Below, piece after piece: positions 45,337 through 55,295 of a DNA stretch of 64,000 bases (positions within the stretch are counted from its first letter, which is position 1; each line of letters begins with the position of its first letter). The stretch comes from Longimicrobiales bacterium (GTDB lineage Bacteria > Gemmatimonadota > Gemmatimonadetes > Longimicrobiales > Gaopeijiaceae), in NCBI GenBank assembly GCA_965203485.1, contig OZ241892.1, positions 1,408,001 through 1,472,000 of the forward strand. Direction: 5' to 3'. A program made the translations under genes and the position numbers. The notes beneath the pieces are model-generated. The model saw only the letters and a program-made list of their open reading frames with translations. It had not been told where the DNA came from and made no database searches.

Positions 45337-46400
45337 CCCGCGCCCGCTTGCGCGCCGGCCGCAGGGCGCGGCCCCGGTTCCGCGCGCCGTCGGCCCACCG
45401 CGTGCGCCAACGCATCTGCGAGCGCAGTCGGAAGAGGTCCGGCGACGCGAAGCCCCACTGCGCGCGCGCCCGGCAAGTCGTCCCGCCACTGCGCCAGCTT
45501 GACCGCGTCCTTTTCGGTGCACGCGAGCGCCCGGCCCGCCCGCCGCTTCCGCAGCGTCGCGACGTCGGCGGCCGTGAAGTCGTGGTGGTCCGGGAAAGCC
45601 ACCAGTTCCAGGCGAGCGCCGCCCAGCAGCGTCCGAAGGCCCGAAGCGAAGGCGGCGGGCCGGGCGATCGAGCAGACCGCCATGACCTCTCCCGCGGGCG
45701 CGTCGGCCGGCCCGCCCGCGAGATCCGTCCACGGTCCCATCTCCATGCGCACGGCCGCCGAGGGAACGCCGGGCGCCAAACGCGCCAACAGGTCGCGCCA
45801 TGCCCGGGCGGCCCCCGCCCCCGCCGTCCGGCAGGTCACTAGAACGTGAGTGGCCCGGCGCACGGCACGCAACGGCTCGCGGTACGGCCCCCGGGGCAGC
45901 ATCCGCGCGCGCATCGAGTCCTCGGCCGCAACCAGAACCACGTCGATGTCGCGGGCGAGGATCCGATGCTGGAAGCCGTCGTCCAGCAACGCGATCCGGT
46001 GGCCCCGCGCCCATGCGTGCGAGACCGCCGCGCACCGGTCGCGTCCGGTGAAGACGGCATCCGCCCCGGCCCACCGCCTGTGCAACGCGGCCTCGTCGCC
46101 GTAGCCGCGGCTGACCACGGCCGCGCGGATCCCGGCCTCGGCCAGCCAGTCCGCCATCCAGCGCACGACCGGCGTCTTCCCCACGCCCCCGACCACCAGA
46201 TTGCCGACCGACACCACCGGCATGGGCGCCGCAACCGGCCGGCGCCGGTCGTGCCAAGCGTTCCTGGCGAACACGCCACATCGAAACGCTTGCTCGGCCG
46301 GCGCCAGCAGCGGACCCAGCCAGCGCGGGGCCGGACCGTCCGCCCGGTCGCCGCCCCAAACGCCCTGCACGGCTCGCCCGAGCGCTGCCGCCATCGTCAT
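45321..46400 (-). CDS. lpxK: Tetraacyldisaccharide 4'-kinase
   Basis: PVVSVGNLVVGGVGKTP, VSRGYGDE, LDDGFQH, LPRGPYRE, FPDHH, CTEKDAVK. Confidence 0.93.
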   Translation of the reverse strand: MTMAAALGRAVQGVWGGDRADGPAPRWLGPLLAPAEQAFRCGVFARNAWHDRRRPVAAPMPVVSVGNLVVGGVGKTPVVRWMADWLAEAGIRAAVVSRGYGDEAALHRRWAGADAVFTGRDRCAAVSHAWARGHRIALLDDGFQHRILARDIDVVLVAAEDSMRARMLPRGPYREPLRAVRRATHVLVTCRTAGAGAARAWRDLLARLAPGVPSAAVRMEMGPWTDLAGGPADAPAGEVMAVCSIARPAAFASGLRTLLGGARLELVAFPDHHDFTAADVATLRKRRAGRALACTEKDAVKLAQWRDDLPGARAVGLRVAGPLPTALADALAHAVGRRRAEPGPRPAAGAQAGAGCVSA

Positions 46401-47566
46401 GCCGCGCTTCCCTGCGCGGCTTCCGCCACGACCTCCTCCGCCAAGTCGGCTACCCGCGCGGAGGCCCCCGGGCACCCCAAGCCCGCCCGAACCGACGCCA
46501 GTCCCTTCAACATCTCGCGCCGTTCGGGCGACGCCGTGTCCAGGAGCGGCTCCACCGCCGACGCCAGCGCGCCGGGCCGCGCCTCGCCCTGCACGAACTC
46601 GGGCACGACGCGCCCGCCCGCCACCAAGTTGGCCAACGCCACGTGAGGCACGCGCACGAGCCGCCTCGCCAACGCGAACGTCGCCGGGTGCGCGACGTAG
46701 GCCACCGCGAACGGCATCGCCGCCAGCGCCGCCTCCAGCGTGCTCGTGCCCGACTTCACCAGGCCCGCCGTGGCGAGGGCACGGAGCGACGCGCCGTCCT
46801 CGGTGCGCGGAAACGGAAGCCGCCGGTACGCCTTGTCCGCCAGCGACGCGGCCTTGCCCACGACCACTTGCAGCCCTCGCACGCGCTCCCGCAGGACCAT
46901 GGCCGCGTCCGCGAACGGTTGGGCGTGCCTGGCGAGCTCCTGCGGCCGCGATCCCGGAAACAGCGCCAGCACCGGCCTCCTCCGGTCCAGTCCGAGCGCG
47001 CGGGCCAGCCCGTTCGGGTCGGCGCGCAGGCGGCCGTCCAGGAGCGGATGCCCGACGAAGACCGCGCGCCCGCCATGGCGCTGGTACAGGGGCGCCTCGA
47101 AGGGCAGCACGAGCGCGATGCGGCTTGCGGCCCGGGCCAGCCGCCGCGCGCGTCCGGCTCTCCACGCCCACACTTGAGGCCCGATGTAGTACAGCACCGG
47201 CACGCCCAGCCGCGCCGTCGCCGTCGCGATCCGCAGGTTGAAGCCGGGGTAGTCGATCGGAATGACCACGTCGAAGCGTCCGCCCGCGACCCGGCGCTTG
47301 ATCTCGGCTTCGAGCCGGCGAAAGAACACCAGCTTGGCCGCCACCTCGGCGAAGCCCATCACGGCCAGTTCGTCCAGTCCGCGCAGCAGTCTCACGCCCG
47401 CGGCCTCCAGGCGCTCGCCTCCGAGGCCCGTCATTTCCACGCCGGGCCAGCGTCGCCGGAGCTCGGCCGCGACGAGGGCGCCGTGGGCGTCCCCGGAGGC
47501 TTCGCCCGCGAGGATCATGACTCGCCGCAGCGGCCGCACGCCCCGCGGCACCGCAGAGGCGGCCAT
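46397..47566 (-). CDS. lpxB: Lipid-A-disaccharide synthase
   Basis: AGEASGD, IDYPGFNL, PQVWAWR, LPFE, FVGHPL, FPGSRPQE, KSGTSTLE. Confidence 0.95.
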   Translation of the reverse strand: MAASAVPRGVRPLRRVMILAGEASGDAHGALVAAELRRRWPGVEMTGLGGERLEAAGVRLLRGLDELAVMGFAEVAAKLVFFRRLEAEIKRRVAGGRFDVVIPIDYPGFNLRIATATARLGVPVLYYIGPQVWAWRAGRARRLARAASRIALVLPFEAPLYQRHGGRAVFVGHPLLDGRLRADPNGLARALGLDRRRPVLALFPGSRPQELARHAQPFADAAMVLRERVRGLQVVVGKAASLADKAYRRLPFPRTEDGASLRALATAGLVKSGTSTLEAALAAMPFAVAYVAHPATFALARRLVRVPHVALANLVAGGRVVPEFVQGEARPGALASAVEPLLDTASPERREMLKGLASVRAGLGCPGASARVADLAEEVVAEAAQGSAA

Positions 47567-47577
47567 CCGTCAACCCT

Positions 47578-47712
47578 TCAGAAGGCCCGGCCGAGGTACC
47601 ACGCGAGCGCGAGCACCAGGACCAGGAGCGCACCGAGCTTCCAGGGCGGCGCGCCCCTCTTGACGTCGATCCACTCCCGCTTACGACGTCGTCGAGCGCG
47701 TATGAGCGACAT
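47578..47712 (-). CDS. 44-aa basic/hydrophobic small membrane protein (absent from the ORF track)
   Basis: GAGGAG RBS, then ATG 47712: MSLIRARRRRKREWIDVKRGAPPWKLGALLVLVLALAWYLGRAF*. It fills the gap before lpxB. Confidence 0.65.
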   Translation of the reverse strand: MSLIRARRRRKREWIDVKRGAPPWKLGALLVLVLALAWYLGRAF

Positions 47713-48697
47713 GCTCCTCGATCTGCCGTTCGACGGCCAGCGAAAGTTCGAGCGCGCGGCGCCCGTCGTCGCCGGTCACCGGCGGCGGGGCAGCTCCCGC
47801 GACCGCGTCGCGAAACGAAGCCAGTTCCGCGACGAGCGGCTCCGGGCCCGCGCCGCGAATGGGAATGCGCTCCACCACGGACTCCAGCCCCGTCGCGTCC
47901 TCCAGGGCCCGGGGCGGCCCTTCGCCGAGCGCCGCGGGCCCGCCGTGCTTGAGGCGGTAGAAGTCCCCCTTCCCCGCCGCCAAGTCGAGCGACAGGTATC
48001 CCGACGACTGCCAGACGCGGAGCTTCCGCACCCGCTTCACGGATATCCTGCTCGCGGTCAGATTGGCCACGGCGCCGCCCTCGAAGCCTATCCGGGCGTG
48101 CGCGACGTCCACGTGCGCGGTGAGCACCGGCACGCCCGCCGCCAACACGCTGTCGGCGGGCTGGTTGGTCAAGGTGGCGACCAAGTCGAGATCGTGAATC
48201 ATGAGGTCCAGCACGACGGCCACGTCCAGCGACCGGGGCGTGAAGCGGGCCAGGCGATGGCTCTCCAGGAAGAGCGGCCGCTCCAGGTAGGGCGCGGCGC
48301 CGGCCACGGCCCGGTTGAAGCGCTCGACGTGGCCGACCTGCACGACGGCGCCGTGGGCCCGGGCCGAGGCGAGGATGCGGTCGGCGCTCGCGAGCGAGTC
48401 GGCCAGCGGCTTCTCGACCAGCACGTGCACGCCCCGGGAAGTGGCGGCGCAAGCCACTTCCTCGTGCGCGTTCGTGGACGTGGCGACGATCACCGCGTCG
48501 CTCGCGTCCAGCAGGTCCTCCAGCGACGAATGCAACGGGACGCCCATCTCGTCGGCGATCGTTCGTCCGCGCGCGGGATCGGCGTCGTAGACGCCCGCCG
48601 ACTCGACCCCGTCGAGACCGCGGAGCACGCGGGCGTGATGGCGCCCCAATGCGCCCACGCCCGCGACTCCTATCGCCGGACGGCTAAAGTCGCCCAC
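47681..48697 (-). CDS. Gfo/Idh/MocA oxidoreductase (GnnA-like by position)
   Basis: GVGALGRHH, HVLVEKP, QVGHVERFN, DVAVVLDLMIHDLD, NLTASRIS. Lies between lpxA and lpxB. Confidence 0.85.
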   Translation of the reverse strand: MGDFSRPAIGVAGVGALGRHHARVLRGLDGVESAGVYDADPARGRTIADEMGVPLHSSLEDLLDASDAVIVATSTNAHEEVACAATSRGVHVLVEKPLADSLASADRILASARAHGAVVQVGHVERFNRAVAGAAPYLERPLFLESHRLARFTPRSLDVAVVLDLMIHDLDLVATLTNQPADSVLAAGVPVLTAHVDVAHARIGFEGGAVANLTASRISVKRVRKLRVWQSSGYLSLDLAAGKGDFYRLKHGGPAALGEGPPRALEDATGLESVVERIPIRGAGPEPLVAELASFRDAVAGAAPPPVTGDDGRRALELSLAVERQIEEHVAHTRSTTS

Positions 48698-48701
48698 GGC
48701 T

Positions 48702-49511
48702 TCAGAAGGTGATCCCTCGTTCGCTGTTGCGGATGAAGTCGAGAAAGTAGCGCACCTCCGGACAGGCCAGCTCCGGATCGGCGTCGGCCAGCTCGATTCC
48801 CTGCGACGGGCCGGCGCCGGACTGGAAGAGCAGCCTGTACGCTTTCTTGAGGCGGCGCCGCGCGTCGGGCGAAAAGCCCTTGCGCTCGAGCCCGACCTTG
48901 TTGAGGCCGTACAGCTTCGGAGACGGATTGCCCACCACGCTGCAGTACGGAGGCACGTCCTGCGGCACCCGCGATCCGCCGCCCACGAAGGCGTACGCGC
49001 CGATCCGCACGAACTGGTGGATCGCTACCAGGCCGCTGACCACCGCGCCGTCGGCGATGTTCACGTGGCCCGCCATGTTGGTGGCGTTCGAGACGACCAC
49101 GTGGTTGCCCAACTCGCAGTCGTGGGCGATGTGGGAATACGCCATCAGGAGGCAGTCCGAGCCGACCACGGTGCGGCCCGACGCCGCAGTCCCCCGGTTG
49201 AGCGTGGCGAACTCGCGGATCACGGTGCGGTCGCCGACCTCGAGATAGGTCTCTTCGCCCTTGAACTTGAGGTCCTGCGGGTCGGTGCCGAGCACCGCGC
49301 CGTTGGCGACGAAGCAGTTCGTGCCGATCGTCGTGTTGCGCTCGACGTAGGCGCGCGGGCCGATCCGCGTGTTGGCGCCGATGCGAACGCCCGGGCCGAT
49401 CACGGCGAACGGACCTACTTCGACGTCGTCCGCGAGTTCGGCGGCCGGGTCCACGATGGCGGTCTCGTGGACGACGGGCGCCGACGTCCGCGCGAGCGAG
49501 GCGCTCCTCAC
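48702..49511 (-). CDS. lpxA: UDP-N-acetylglucosamine acyltransferase
   Basis: HETAIVDP, hexapeptide repeats, PQDLKFKGE, IREFATLNRGT, MAYSHIAHDC, HQFVRIG, GLNKVGLERKGF. Confidence 0.95.
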   Translation of the reverse strand: MRSASLARTSAPVVHETAIVDPAAELADDVEVGPFAVIGPGVRIGANTRIGPRAYVERNTTIGTNCFVANGAVLGTDPQDLKFKGEETYLEVGDRTVIREFATLNRGTAASGRTVVGSDCLLMAYSHIAHDCELGNHVVVSNATNMAGHVNIADGAVVSGLVAIHQFVRIGAYAFVGGGSRVPQDVPPYCSVVGNPSPKLYGLNKVGLERKGFSPDARRRLKKAYRLLFQSGAGPSQGIELADADPELACPEVRYFLDFIRNSERGITF

Positions 49512-50794
49512 CGGTCCATGATCCTGGCGGTCATCTCCGCCTGGGCGACCAGCCGGCCGTCGACCGTGCCCGTGCCGCGCATCTTGCACACCTGGCGCCG
49601 AAAGTGGAGCATCTCCAGCTTGAAGACGAGCTGGTCGCCTGGCACCACCGGACGGCGCCACTTCACGTTGTCGAGCGACATGAAGTAGACGACCTTGCCC
49701 TCCGGATCGTCGACCGCGTCCATGAGGAGCAGTCCCCCCACCTGGCCCATCGCTTCGACGATGAGCACTCCCGGCATGATCGGATGCTCGGGAAAGTGCC
49801 CCCCGAAGAAGGGCTCGTTGATCGTCACGTTCTTGAGGCCGACGATTCGCTTTCGCGACTCGAATTCGAGGACGCGGTCCACGAGCAGCATCGGGTAGCG
49901 GTGCGGCAGGCAGTCCATGATGCGCCGCACATCGATCGCCCCGGCGCCCGGGCCGCCGCAGTGGCGTTCGCTGATCGCGGAGGCCAGCTTGAAGTTGCCC
50001 GCGTGGCTGGGCTTGTCGGCAACGACATGGCCGCGGAAGCGGCTTCCCAGCAGCGCCAAGTCGCCGACGATGTCGCCCGCCTTGTGCCGCACGAACTCGT
50101 CCGTGAAGCGCAGGCCGTCGTTCATGACGCGGGCGTCGTCCAGCACCACGGTATTGTCCAGCGACGCGCCCAGCGCCCGTCCGCGCGCGTGCAGCGCGTC
50201 CGCGTCGGCCTTGAAGCCGAACGTCCTGGCGCCGGCCAGCTCCTCGGCGAACGAGTTGCCGGTCGCGCAGTAGGAGCCGTGCTGGCGCCGGATGGCCGGA
50301 TGCGGATAGTCGATGGTGGCCGAGACGCGAAAGCCGTCGTCCGGCACGGCCACGTACGAGCCGACGCGTCCGTCCCCCGCCGTGACCGGAGCGGACAGGC
50401 GGACGACAGACGCCGGAGCACGCTGCGACTTCACTCCCGCCTCCGTCACCGCCGCGACGTAGGGAGCGAAGCTGCCGTCGAGGATCGGCGGCTCGGGCCC
50501 GTCGAGCTCGACGAGCGCGTTGTCGACCTCGAGCGCGGCCAGCGCCGCCAGCACGTGCTCCACGGTCATGACCTCGGCGCCGTCGCGGCCCAGCGTCGTG
50601 CCCAGATCGGTGTGCGTCACGCACTCCAGGCGGGCCGGTACCTCCGGAGCTCCGGGCAGGTCCGTGCGCCGAAACCGCACCCCGAACGAGTCCGCCGCGG
50701 GCTTGATGCGAAGCCGACTCCGTTGGCCCGAGTGAACGCCGATCCCTTCAAGCGCAACCTCGCTGGCGAGAGTCTGCTGGCGCTCTGCGGCCAT
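49508..50794 (-). CDS. lpxC/fabZ: Bifunctional LpxC deacetylase / FabZ dehydratase
   Basis: [36 protein letters not shown], then [31 protein letters not shown]. Confidence 0.95.
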   Translation of the reverse strand: MAAERQQTLASEVALEGIGVHSGQRSRLRIKPAADSFGVRFRRTDLPGAPEVPARLECVTHTDLGTTLGRDGAEVMTVEHVLAALAALEVDNALVELDGPEPPILDGSFAPYVAAVTEAGVKSQRAPASVVRLSAPVTAGDGRVGSYVAVPDDGFRVSATIDYPHPAIRRQHGSYCATGNSFAEELAGARTFGFKADADALHARGRALGASLDNTVVLDDARVMNDGLRFTDEFVRHKAGDIVGDLALLGSRFRGHVVADKPSHAGNFKLASAISERHCGGPGAGAIDVRRIMDCLPHRYPMLLVDRVLEFESRKRIVGLKNVTINEPFFGGHFPEHPIMPGVLIVEAMGQVGGLLLMDAVDDPEGKVVYFMSLDNVKWRRPVVPGDQLVFKLEMLHFRRQVCKMRGTGTVDGRLVAQAEMTARIMDR

Positions 50795-51018
50795 CGGCGG
50801 AACAGTTGAATGAGGGTCAAAGAGCCGTGGAAGGAGCATCCTGGGCGGCCGACCCCGCGAACGAGGCGACGGGGCAACCAAGGAATCTAGCAGAACCGCT
50901 GGGCTCGCCCCCCGGCGCCCTGGCCAGGAGCGGGCCGAGGCGACCGGGCCGAGCAAGCCGGTACAGAGCGCCGGGCCGGGCTTCGATTCGTTGCGGCGTT
51001 CGCCGGTGCGCCCCTCCG

Positions 51019-52086
51019 CTACCCGTCTCCCGTCCCTTCGTCCGGACCGGACGAGCAACGCTCCCGTCGCTCCAGTTGCGCCACTCGCTTCGCCAACTGG
51101 GGCAGCCGCATCAGGCGCGCCATGGCCCGCAAGTAGCCCTTGTGGTCGCGCGCCGGGTAGCCGGAGACGACTTCGCCGGACCCCACGTCCCCGATGACGC
51201 CCGCCTGCGCGCCGATCCGGGCGCCGGCGCCGATCCGGAGATGGCCGATCAGACCCGCTTGGCCGCCCATCGCCACGCCGGGGCCGGTCCGGGTAGAACC
51301 CGCCACGCCGACTTGCGCCACCAAGAGCGAGCCCGGGCCGATCTCGACGTTGTGCGCCAAGTGCACCAAGTTGTCCAGCTTGCTGCCGGCGCCGATCACG
51401 GTCCGTCCGATCGAACCCCGGTCGATCGTGCAGTTCGCGCCGATCTCCACGTCGTCCTCGACCACGCAACCGCCGACTTGCGGCACCTTGACGTGCTCGC
51501 CCTCCACCGTGGCGTAGCCGAATCCGTCCACGCCGATTCGCGTTCCCGCATGCACGGTCACCCGCGCGCCCAGCACGCAGCCCGGATAGACCGTCGCGTT
51601 GGGGAACAGCACGGTGTCCGCACCGATCGCAACGTCTTCGCCCACGACGCAGTTGGCGCCGACGACGGCGCGTTCGCCGATCGCCGCGCGCTCGCCGACG
51701 ACCGCCCCCGGGCCGACTCGGGCCGACGGATCCACGGACGCCGACGGATCCACGACCGCCGTGGCGTGAACGCCCGCCTCGGCGCCGGTCCGAGCGTCGG
51801 GGCGAAGGAGGCGCAACAACTCGCCCAGCGCGCGGTAGGGGTCGCCGACCACGAGCCGGTCGCAAGGCCCATGCTCCACCTCGGCCAGCGCGTCCGCTAC
51901 CAGCAACGCCCGTCCCCGGCAACCCGCCAACTCCTGCACATAGCGCCGGTTGGCCAAGAACGCCAAGTCGTCCTTTCCGGCGTCGCGCACTGGAGCGATG
52001 CGCGTGAAGAGCGCGCTTCCGTCGCCGACGACGCGGCCGTTGGTGGCCCGGGCGGCCGCGTCCAGCGTCAAGGCCACCTCGGTCAC
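51019..52086 (-). CDS. lpxD: UDP-3-O-acylglucosamine N-acyltransferase
   Basis: Hexapeptide repeats, [35 protein letters not shown]. Start approximate. Confidence 0.94.
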   Translation of the reverse strand: MTEVALTLDAAARATNGRVVGDGSALFTRIAPVRDAGKDDLAFLANRRYVQELAGCRGRALLVADALAEVEHGPCDRLVVGDPYRALGELLRLLRPDARTGAEAGVHATAVVDPSASVDPSARVGPGAVVGERAAIGERAVVGANCVVGEDVAIGADTVLFPNATVYPGCVLGARVTVHAGTRIGVDGFGYATVEGEHVKVPQVGGCVVEDDVEIGANCTIDRGSIGRTVIGAGSKLDNLVHLAHNVEIGPGSLLVAQVGVAGSTRTGPGVAMGGQAGLIGHLRIGAGARIGAQAGVIGDVGSGEVVSGYPARDHKGYLRAMARLMRLPQLAKRVAQLERRERCSSGPDEGTGDG

Positions 52087-52229
52087 GGCCCGACGGACCT
52101 CGTGCGCGGCGCCCGTCCCGGCCGCCGCCTGCACGGTCGCCGCCCGCCGACTGCAGGGGCTTCCCCGCCCCGGCGGACCGCGACGGCGCTCACCTGTCCG
52201 TCAGGCCGCGCCGAACACCCTGCCGAGAA

Positions 52230-52769
52230 TCACCGTTCCCCGGGACTCCCGCCGCTGGCGCCGTTCTGAAGCCGCGTGATCACTTCTTGGGTCAGGTCGA
52301 GCGACGGGTCGGCCGTGATGATCGCCTGCGAGGCCACGTCCAGGATCACGGCGTAGGCGCCCTCGACCCGGATCTCGTCGATCACCGCCTTGACCGCGTC
52401 CATGACGGGCTGAAACAGCTCCGCGCGCCGCTGGTCGGCCTGGTTGCCCAAAGCCGCCCGCCGTTGCTGCAACGCTTGGTCCTGGTTCAACAACTCCTGC
52501 TGGCGCGCGTCGCGCGCTTCGGGCGTCATCGTCAGCTGCTGCTGGCGGAACTCGTCGGCGCTCGTCTGCAACGCCTCCTCGAGTTCCTGAATCTCCAGCT
52601 GGTATCCCCGCAGGCTGGCGTCCATCTGCCTCTGCGCGTCTTGGGCCAACGGGAACGCTTCGAGGACGGCCGCCGAGTTGATGTAGCCCACCTTGGTCGG
52701 CTGTGCGTCGAGCGAAACGGCGGAAGCGAGGGCCAACGCCGCTGCCAGCCCCACGGACGAACCACGCAT
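52230..52769 (-). CDS. skp: Periplasmic chaperone Skp/OmpH
   Basis: Signal peptide, KVGYIN, coiled coil, YAVILD...DLTQEV. Lies between bamA and lpxD. Confidence 0.88.
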   Translation of the reverse strand: MRGSSVGLAAALALASAVSLDAQPTKVGYINSAAVLEAFPLAQDAQRQMDASLRGYQLEIQELEEALQTSADEFRQQQLTMTPEARDARQQELLNQDQALQQRRAALGNQADQRRAELFQPVMDAVKAVIDEIRVEGAYAVILDVASQAIITADPSLDLTQEVITRLQNGASGGSPGER

Positions 52770-52868
52770 GATACCCACTCTCCAGTTGTGAATCCCAGGG
52801 TCGGCCGCCGCCGCCCCGGCGCGAAATATAATGGGCGCGCTCTTCCGGCGCCGGTGCGCTGCTCCGCG

Positions 52869-55295
52869 TCAGAAGTTCGGCCCCATCTTGAAGTGGAGTT
52901 GCCAGCCCGGTTCCGTCTTGTCGAATCCGTAGGCGTAGTCGAGGCCGATTGGACCGAACGGCGTCATGAGCTGAACTCCGAAGCCGGCCCCGCGGTACAG
53001 CTTCGAGGAATTGAAGTCGCGCGGGTCCGCCCACAGGTTGCCCGCGTCGAAGAAGGCGGCAAGGCCCACGTTGGCGTTGATGACCGCCCTGACCTCGCCC
53101 GTCGCGGAGAGGTAGGCGTCGCCCAGGCGGTCGATCTGGGCGATGCCGTCGGCGCGGCGAGGGAAGTATCCGCGCGGCGTGATCGTGGTCTCGTCGTATC
53201 CGCGCAAGGGCTGGCCGAACTGGACGCCGCCGAGCCAGAACGACTCGAAGGGGAAACGCGACGCGTCTCCGAACAGCGCGCCGCCGCGCACGCCCGCCGA
53301 AAGCGCGAACTGCACGCCGCCCGGCGACACGCCGTCGCCTCCAAGCCCGCCGACCGGCACGATCCACTGGGCTTCGGCCGTGTTCTTGACGAAGTCGCCC
53401 GCCCCGCCCAGCGGCCCGCCGTTCAATTCGGTCGTCCAAGACTGGAGCGAGCCCGAAGTGGGGAACAGCGGATGGTTGAGGGTGCGGCGCGTCACGCCGA
53501 CCGAGAAGGAGCTGAGCGTGCCCGGCGGCAACCCGAAGAGCGATTCGTCGTCGACGTCGCGAAAGAGTTCGTAGCTGGTGCGCGAGAGCGAGTACCCGAA
53601 GAAGATCCGCGTCCGCAAGGAACCCGGGAACGGGATCCCGAACGTCGTCGTGAACCCGGAGCGCCGTCGTCGCCCTGTAGCGAACTGGAAGAAGCGGTCG
53701 GTGGAGTTGAAGAGCGAGATGGAGCCGCTCACCGTCGACTGGAAGAGCGCCGGGTCGCTGGCGCTCAGGGTGAAGCTCTGGATGTAGCGCCCGAAGTCCC
53801 AGCGAATGCTGCCCGACTTCGCTTGGCCGAAGAGGTTCGGCTGGTCGTAGCCGAGGAAGCCCGAGAGGCCGACGCCGCCGCCGACCGCCGTGCCGAACTG
53901 AATGGAGCCTGTGCTCTTCTCCTCGACCGTGAACACGATGTCCACGTCGCCCGTCTCGTCCAGGCGCTCGATTTCGGGCGGCGCCATGGGCTCGAAGAAC
54001 CCCAGCGACTGGATGTTCTGATAGGACTGCAGGAGCAGGGCCTGACTGTAGACGTCGCCGGGCAGGAGAAAGACCTTCTCGCGGATGACGCGGTCGTAGG
54101 TGAAGTCGTTGCCGGCGATGACGATCTTGTTGACGTACGCTTGCGTCATTTCCTGGATCCGCCACGTGGCCCGCACTTGCGGGGCGCCCTCCTCGTCGTC
54201 GGCGATGGGTTCCCAAGAGGGGTCGATTCGGGCGTACAGATAGCCCTGGTTCGTGTAGAGCTCGCGAACGCGTTGCGCGGCCTCCTCGAAGGCCACCGCG
54301 TCGAACACCTGTCCGGTGGCGCCGCCGCCGTCGTCGCCGATGCCCAGCATTCCCAGCAAGCCGCCCGACCCGCGTTCGTAGTAGCGCTCCAGGTCCTCCG
54401 TCTCGAACGCCTTGGCGCCCTCGACGGCGAACTCCCCGAGCTTGTACTGGGGCCCCTCGCTGACGCGAACCTCGATCCTGGCCTTGCCGCTTTGCGGGTC
54501 CACGATCAGCGTGTCCCCCAGCACTTCGAAGTCCAGGAACCCTGCCTGGAAGTAGCGCCTCGGCAGAGATTCGAGGAGGTCGGTCTCGAACTCCACCTCG
54601 TCGTAGTCCCCGCCCCGGAACCACAGGAAGCTCTCCGGCTTCGTGGTCATCGCGTCGCGCAGCTCGTCGTCGGAGAAGCTCTCGTTGCCGGAGAACGCGA
54701 CCTGGGCGATCGTCACGCGCTGGCCCTCCTCGACTTCGAGGACCACGTCCACGCGGCCGGCGCTGCCCGGCACCGGCTGCTCGCGCTGCTCGATGCGGGC
54801 GAACGGCACGCCCCGGCGCCGCAACTCGTCGCGGATGAACGCCTTGGCCTTCTCGAGGCCGCTAGGCGACAGCGGCGCGTCCTCCTCCAGGCCGCCCGCC
54901 TCGAGAACGTCGTCCGCGCTCAGCGACTCGAGGCCCGTGATTCGTATCAGGCGGGCGAGCGCTCGCTCCTCGACCTGGAAGACCAGCACGTTGCGGCCCG
55001 TGGACTCGTCGATGCGGACCACGACGTCCTCGTAGCGGCCCGTCGCCCACAGCGCCTTGACGGCGCGCTGGATGTCCAGCCAGCTGTTGAGCGACCCGGG
55101 CTGGATCCCCGCCGCGCCCACGACGTCCCCGTACTCGAGCTGAACCATGCCCTCGGCGGCGACCGAGTCGATCCGCACGAGCGGGCTGCCGACCGGCGCC
55201 TGCCCGGCGGCCCCCCGCCCCGCGGCGGCCAAGGCCACCCCGGCGAGCACCCCCGGAAGCGCCCGCGGCCGGCGTCGGCGCCGTCCGGGTTTCAC
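52869..55295 (-). CDS. bamA: Outer membrane protein assembly factor BamA
   Basis: POTRA domains (FSGNESFSDDEL, IVIAGNDFTYDRVIRE), NLFG, LRGY, TPFGPIGLDYA, C-terminal Phe. Confidence 0.93.
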   Translation of the reverse strand: MKPGRRRRRPRALPGVLAGVALAAAGRGAAGQAPVGSPLVRIDSVAAEGMVQLEYGDVVGAAGIQPGSLNSWLDIQRAVKALWATGRYEDVVVRIDESTGRNVLVFQVEERALARLIRITGLESLSADDVLEAGGLEEDAPLSPSGLEKAKAFIRDELRRRGVPFARIEQREQPVPGSAGRVDVVLEVEEGQRVTIAQVAFSGNESFSDDELRDAMTTKPESFLWFRGGDYDEVEFETDLLESLPRRYFQAGFLDFEVLGDTLIVDPQSGKARIEVRVSEGPQYKLGEFAVEGAKAFETEDLERYYERGSGGLLGMLGIGDDGGGATGQVFDAVAFEEAAQRVRELYTNQGYLYARIDPSWEPIADDEEGAPQVRATWRIQEMTQAYVNKIVIAGNDFTYDRVIREKVFLLPGDVYSQALLLQSYQNIQSLGFFEPMAPPEIERLDETGDVDIVFTVEEKSTGSIQFGTAVGGGVGLSGFLGYDQPNLFGQAKSGSIRWDFGRYIQSFTLSASDPALFQSTVSGSISLFNSTDRFFQFATGRRRRSGFTTTFGIPFPGSLRTRIFFGYSLSRTSYELFRDVDDESLFGLPPGTLSSFSVGVTRRTLNHPLFPTSGSLQSWTTELNGGPLGGAGDFVKNTAEAQWIVPVGGLGGDGVSPGGVQFALSAGVRGGALFGDASRFPFESFWLGGVQFGQPLRGYDETTITPRGYFPRRADGIAQIDRLGDAYLSATGEVRAVINANVGLAAFFDAGNLWADPRDFNSSKLYRGAGFGVQLMTPFGPIGLDYAYGFDKTEPGWQLHFKMGPNF

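Noticed and set aside
49508..50794. LpxC-FabZ fusion as a novelty
   Set aside because: It is a well-known bifunctional architecture in Bacteroidota, Chlorobiota and related phyla.
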